Of a stretch of 64,000 nt of DNA, positions 59,702-64,000 are shown piece after piece. The notes below the pieces were generated by a model that worked only from the letters and a program-made list of their open reading frames with translations, made no database searches and was not told the DNA's origin. The DNA is from Tubulanus polymorphus (lineage: Eukaryota; Animalia; Nemertea): NCBI RefSeq assembly GCF_964204645.1, contig NC_134029.1, forward strand, positions 12,736,850 to 12,800,849, given 5' to 3'. Positions within the stretch are counted from its first letter, which is position 1. Each line of letters begins with the position of its first letter. The position numbers and the translations under genes are program-made.

Positions 59702-60412
59702 TACAAGAGGCCCATTGGCCTTGAAGCATTAGTAGCTTATACTATTAGGGCGATTACGAGCAAAGCGATACAGAATATACAAACTTTTCGAAGAATTAAT
59801 TGCTTCAGGGGCAGGCAGAGAATGAGTACGATGCATTTTTCAAACTCAATTTTGCGAAGAAAATAGAATTTGAAAACAGGTGGTATTCGGTACCATTACC
59901 GTGGTGACCAGACCACCTGCCGTTGAAAGATAACATTGCCCCATGTCAGTCGAGATTGAAGCAGGTCATGCATCGTTTGTGTAAATTAAATTCAACAGGA
60001 CAGTACCGAGCGGTAATGAAAGACAAGGAGCCTATCGGCTAATATAGCTCTGCTGTGTGATTTGAAGAAATAGAAGCTGATACCTAGGGGTGCCCCCTTG
60101 TGGCCAAATCCAAAAAGGGCTCTGTACTTTGTAGGTATTGGTCCATATTGGAACATTCATACCACATTTGGACTTGATCTGATTTAAACTGTAGGACTAG
60201 TAGCGACTTGAAGAAATAGAAACTCCACACCCAAGGGCGGCCCTGGGGGACGAATAAAAAAAATGGCTCTTTAACTTGATAGGCCTAGGTCCCTAGAACA
60301 CTCATACTAAATTGATCTGAAACTGTAGGACTAGTAGCGAATTGAAGCAAAAAATGACGGACGGACGGACAGACGACGACGGATAATCCCCATAACCCTT
60401 CGGGGGTAAAAA
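59702..60412 (-). mobile_element. HINE-like element
   Basis: Minus-strand 5' TTTTTACCCCGAAGGGTTATGGGG then (GTCY)n; internal ~135-bp repeats; candidate 3' end GGCCAATGGGCCTCTTGT. Confidence 0.55.
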
Positions 60413-62686
60413 CATCAAGAAACAATACGTGTCCGAAACTGGAAGCAGTTTCGAGGAGAGCAGATGCGACAGCTATTTCATTCCACACTTTCCGGTATTG
60501 CGTGACAGCGGAAACGACCTCGGTCCAAATCATTTTCGACGCGAGCTGTGTCGAGCCATTTCTCAACGGGTGCCTTTACGAAGGTCCTAATTTAACTACA
60601 GACTTAACCGATTTACTGCATAGGTTCAGAAGAAATTGGCCTAATTGCGGACATTGAGCGGGCGTTCCTCTTGATATGGTTGTTGAACGAATATGTTCAA
60701 TTCCTATGGTACAAAGACAACGATCTGAAAAAACCAATCGTACCCTACCGATGCAATAAGGTCATTTTTGGAAATGTCAGCAGCCCCTTCGCGCTGAGAA
60801 TAACCCTGCAGACTCACTTACAATCATACGCTGGCTGTGCGATAGCGAGAGACCTTGCTGAAAAACTGTATGTGGACAATTTACTGACATGCGTAGAAAA
60901 TGAACAAGAAGTGGCGAATTACTAAAACCAATCAAAACGATTGATGGCCGACGGGGGCCTTTACAATACGCCAACAATGGGCCAGTAACTCGAAATCGAT
61001 GGCCGAGGCCATACAGCAAGATGGATGCCTGACACGATCGAAAACATTTCATTTTAGGTTTGAAATGGGATACGCAGGCGGATCGCATCGCATTAGCGCA
61101 GAAACCGAGAGGGCTAGGGTCTGATTGAAGCAAACCGGGCACCTTTGTGGTTTTCTGCGACGCATGCCAAAAAGTTGCGATAAGGTGTATCCTGTACGCA
61201 GTACAGGACGGTATCGTGCGATTACAAAAACAAAATCATCTCTTAAAAACAGCTCAACCATCACACGGTGCGGAGACTCGGACTCCAAGCGATGGTTCTG
61301 GGTGCCACGTATGGGAGCGCGCTAGCAGAAACTTATACGGATGTTTTCGAAACAACGAACAGCAACGAGCAAGTGCTCTAGTGTGCATTGCATTTAAGAA
61401 ACGTTACGCGCAGGACGTAGTCACAGCTGCTGACCTAAAAGCAGCTGAAGTGCTCTAGATTCAAGATGCACAAAATAAACATTGCAGCGACGCACTGCAA
61501 TACCTTCGCCGAAAGCGCACGTCGGCACCTGCGATTGTGGGTCAGCTCCGTCTGTTTTTAGACGTCAGACGCCTCATACGGGGCGCCGGGAGGCTCTAGA
61601 AGGCTAATGTAAACGGGGACCAGAGAAGGCCACTGCTGATCCCAAACCACAGTCGTTTAGCCGAGCACGTCATTTTGCATTGACACCGCAAAGTTTTCCA
61701 TTACAGAATAGGTTTGACAATGAATAAAATTCGAATGAGATACTGGATTACTACACTAAGATCGAGAATAAAAAAGTTATTGCGCGGGTGCGTCACGTGC
61801 AAAAAACTGCATGGTAGAAACTACCAGCCGCCTATAACGCCCCCGTTTCCAGATTTCAGGCTGAACTACCACACACCGTTTTCGGCGACAGCCATGGATT
61901 TTACCGGCCAATTACACATTATAAACAGATAGAAAGTTGTAAAACGATACATTTGCCAATTCACGTGTTGTACGACACGTGCAATACACCTTGAACTGAT
62001 AACTGATATGACCGTGGAGAGCCTTCAGACTCTTCTGTTCGGCACAATCGGCTCCTAAATTGTTTTACTCAGATAATGCCAAGACCTTCACAAGCGGAGA
62101 AGTCGAAATCAAACGCTTGCACAGAATGGCCACGCATGATGCAATGTTAAAACTATACACCGAGAAACGCATCAATTTTAGGTACCCGCCAGCACAGGCA
62201 CCCTGGATTTCTGGCATCCACAAAAGATGCATCGGCATCATAACATCGGCGATAAAGAAAGTGCGCGGAAAAAGTATGGTCCAGCAAGAATAAGAAACTT
62301 TACTGAAGGAAATTCAAAGTGAAGTGAACAATAGACCGATCACGTACATAAATACCAACATAAATGAGCTGGAGCCACTGTCACCGAATAAGATAATTTA
62401 CTGCCGAGATATTGAGATCGTTCCGGACAGAGGTTCGGACAGTGACGACCAATGGCATGCTGCTGAAGCCACATCGACAGGCTCCGCAACCTCGCACGGC
62501 ACTGCACTCAAATTTTAGCAAATTTCCGAAATCAGTTCAAAAGTGAATACCTTGTGATGTTGTGTCAAATACATGCGTCACAACAAAAAAGGAAGAATGT
62601 CAACCCGAGCGAGGTAAAAATCGGTGATGTGGTTCTAATCCACGACAACATCAATCTGCGATGCAAATGGAAGATGGGTGTAGTAA
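60413..62686 (+). mobile_element. Degenerate BEL/Pao LTR-retrotransposon pol (RT, RNase H, integrase)
   Basis: IFDAS..LN.CL..GPNL, ADIERAF, FGNVSSPF, YVDN, FCDA, RYWI...CVTC, DFTG, FTCCTTRAIHLE, SDNAKTF, NNRPI, GDVVLI...WKMG. Confidence 0.9.
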
Positions 62687-62800
62687 CAGAGCTGCCAACC
62701 CCTGGAAATTGTTTTGAGGGACAGTGATCCCCATTTTATGGGACAGCCATCAATTTTCAGGGACATCTAAAAATTTCAGCATTTCAGCTTTTTAACTTAA
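62687..62800 (+). mobile_element. Start of a hAT-like element truncating the BEL remnant
   Basis: CAGAGCTGCCAACC end resembling that at 31439; GGGACA subterminal repeats; the other end was not located. Confidence 0.45.
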
Positions 62801-63196
62801 AATCAAGCACTTATCTTGTACCCAGGTGTAGAGAACTGCATCATGAATGAATGTTGAATGAAATTCAGACAGGAAATCTAACTCAATGCATGGAGAAATT
62901 AAGTACTGACTGCTAGCAACACAGTGTTCACTTGCCATATTCAATCATTCCTGAGTACCCTCTGCTAGTGCCACATCGTTCACTTGCCATATTATATCAT
63001 GCCTAGCGTACTGACTGCTAGCGCCATAGTGAACACTTGCCTTATCATATTCACTTGCGGCGTATATCGATTACACTGCTAGCGAAAATAAATTGCCCAT
63101 GGGCAATGTGTGGTTTACCTTGAAAGCTAGAGGTTGTTTGGGGTAAGGGCATTGCTTGAAAAATTAATCTTGTACATATTGATGGTGACAAATAAA

Positions 63197-63223
63197 CTAC
63201 TATACTATACTATACTATACTAT
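63197..63223. repeat. (CTATA)n microsatellite
   Basis: Five ACTAT units. Confidence 0.85.
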
Positions 63224-64000
63224 TTTGTAGTCAAATAAGACCAAAAATATACCATTGTTTACGGTCCACGTCCAAAATTTCGTAGGGTACAGGTAGGCGC
63301 GGGAAACTATTTTATATTTTCAAAGAAATATTCAAAAAATATGAAAAAATATTCAAATAAAATTCATATGATGTCACATCACATATCAGAGGGTGGCTGA
63401 ATATTTAGTCTTGGAAACCTCTTCCAATGTATGGCCGCGGAATCTAAACTGGCTAAGTAAGAAATCGGCGTTTCAGATCGTTTTGAATCCTTGAATTTAC
63501 TACTACAATATTCAGACCTCGACCTATAGCTATAGTTTGCTGCTTAGTATTTTCAGGTCACAAGAAATTACAATTTATTATAAATTATATCAAACAGAAA
63601 ACACAGCGCTCATCTTCTGCTGATGAAATGTCAAACGCGCCAGCAAGCAAGCAGCGTTACAGTATCACTATAGTAGTGTATAACTGTACGACTGAGCGTG
63701 TGTTTGTGTGTGCAACAGACTATAGCACTCCGCGCGCACGTGGAGGCCTCGTGTAAGTGAATGTTTTCGATGTCAATCAAAACAATCACCGGGTATTAAA
63801 ATGAAACAATACCTATGGCGGATAATAATTACATTCTCACCAGCAATGAGCATTTGCAATTCGCAAGTATACGGCATCTAACATGCCTAGTCCAATGAAA
63901 CGTTTGCCATTCTATGGCTTTCCCATTATTTTAGTAGCGCTGGAATTCCCCGTATATCCCAAAAACAGCCAATCACATTCGCTCATAGAGACGACGCCCC

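Overview
Animal genomic DNA, probably invertebrate (spliceosomal exons, Helentron/HINE-like, hAT and BEL/Pao remnants), dominated by three very AT-rich integrated Polinton/Maverick-type (polinton-like virus) elements, each bounded by TIRs and a 6-bp TSD. Element A (264..30109, TSD TGCAGT) is internally deleted. Element B (12326..29619, TSD GCTAGT) is nearly intact and sits inside A's right TIR. Element C (33228..54403, TSD CATTTG, opposite orientation) is decayed, carries three HINE-like insertions and appears to lie in an intron of an NRF1/Ewg-domain gene. The elements encode protein-primed PolB, retroviral-type integrase with chromodomain, A32-like packaging ATPase, putative major and minor jelly-roll capsid proteins and several membrane proteins; no adenain protease was recognised. 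Most notable: almost every gene starts at TAAATG, often after a T-run (poxvirus late-promoter architecture); element C encodes a split poxvirus A2L/VLTF3-like late transcription factor; and C's PolB has a LAGLIDADG intein at YFD|TDS that B lacks. Together these suggest an endogenous poxvirus-dependent, virophage-like polinton family (inference). All protein assignments come from motif recognition by eye, with no database searches.
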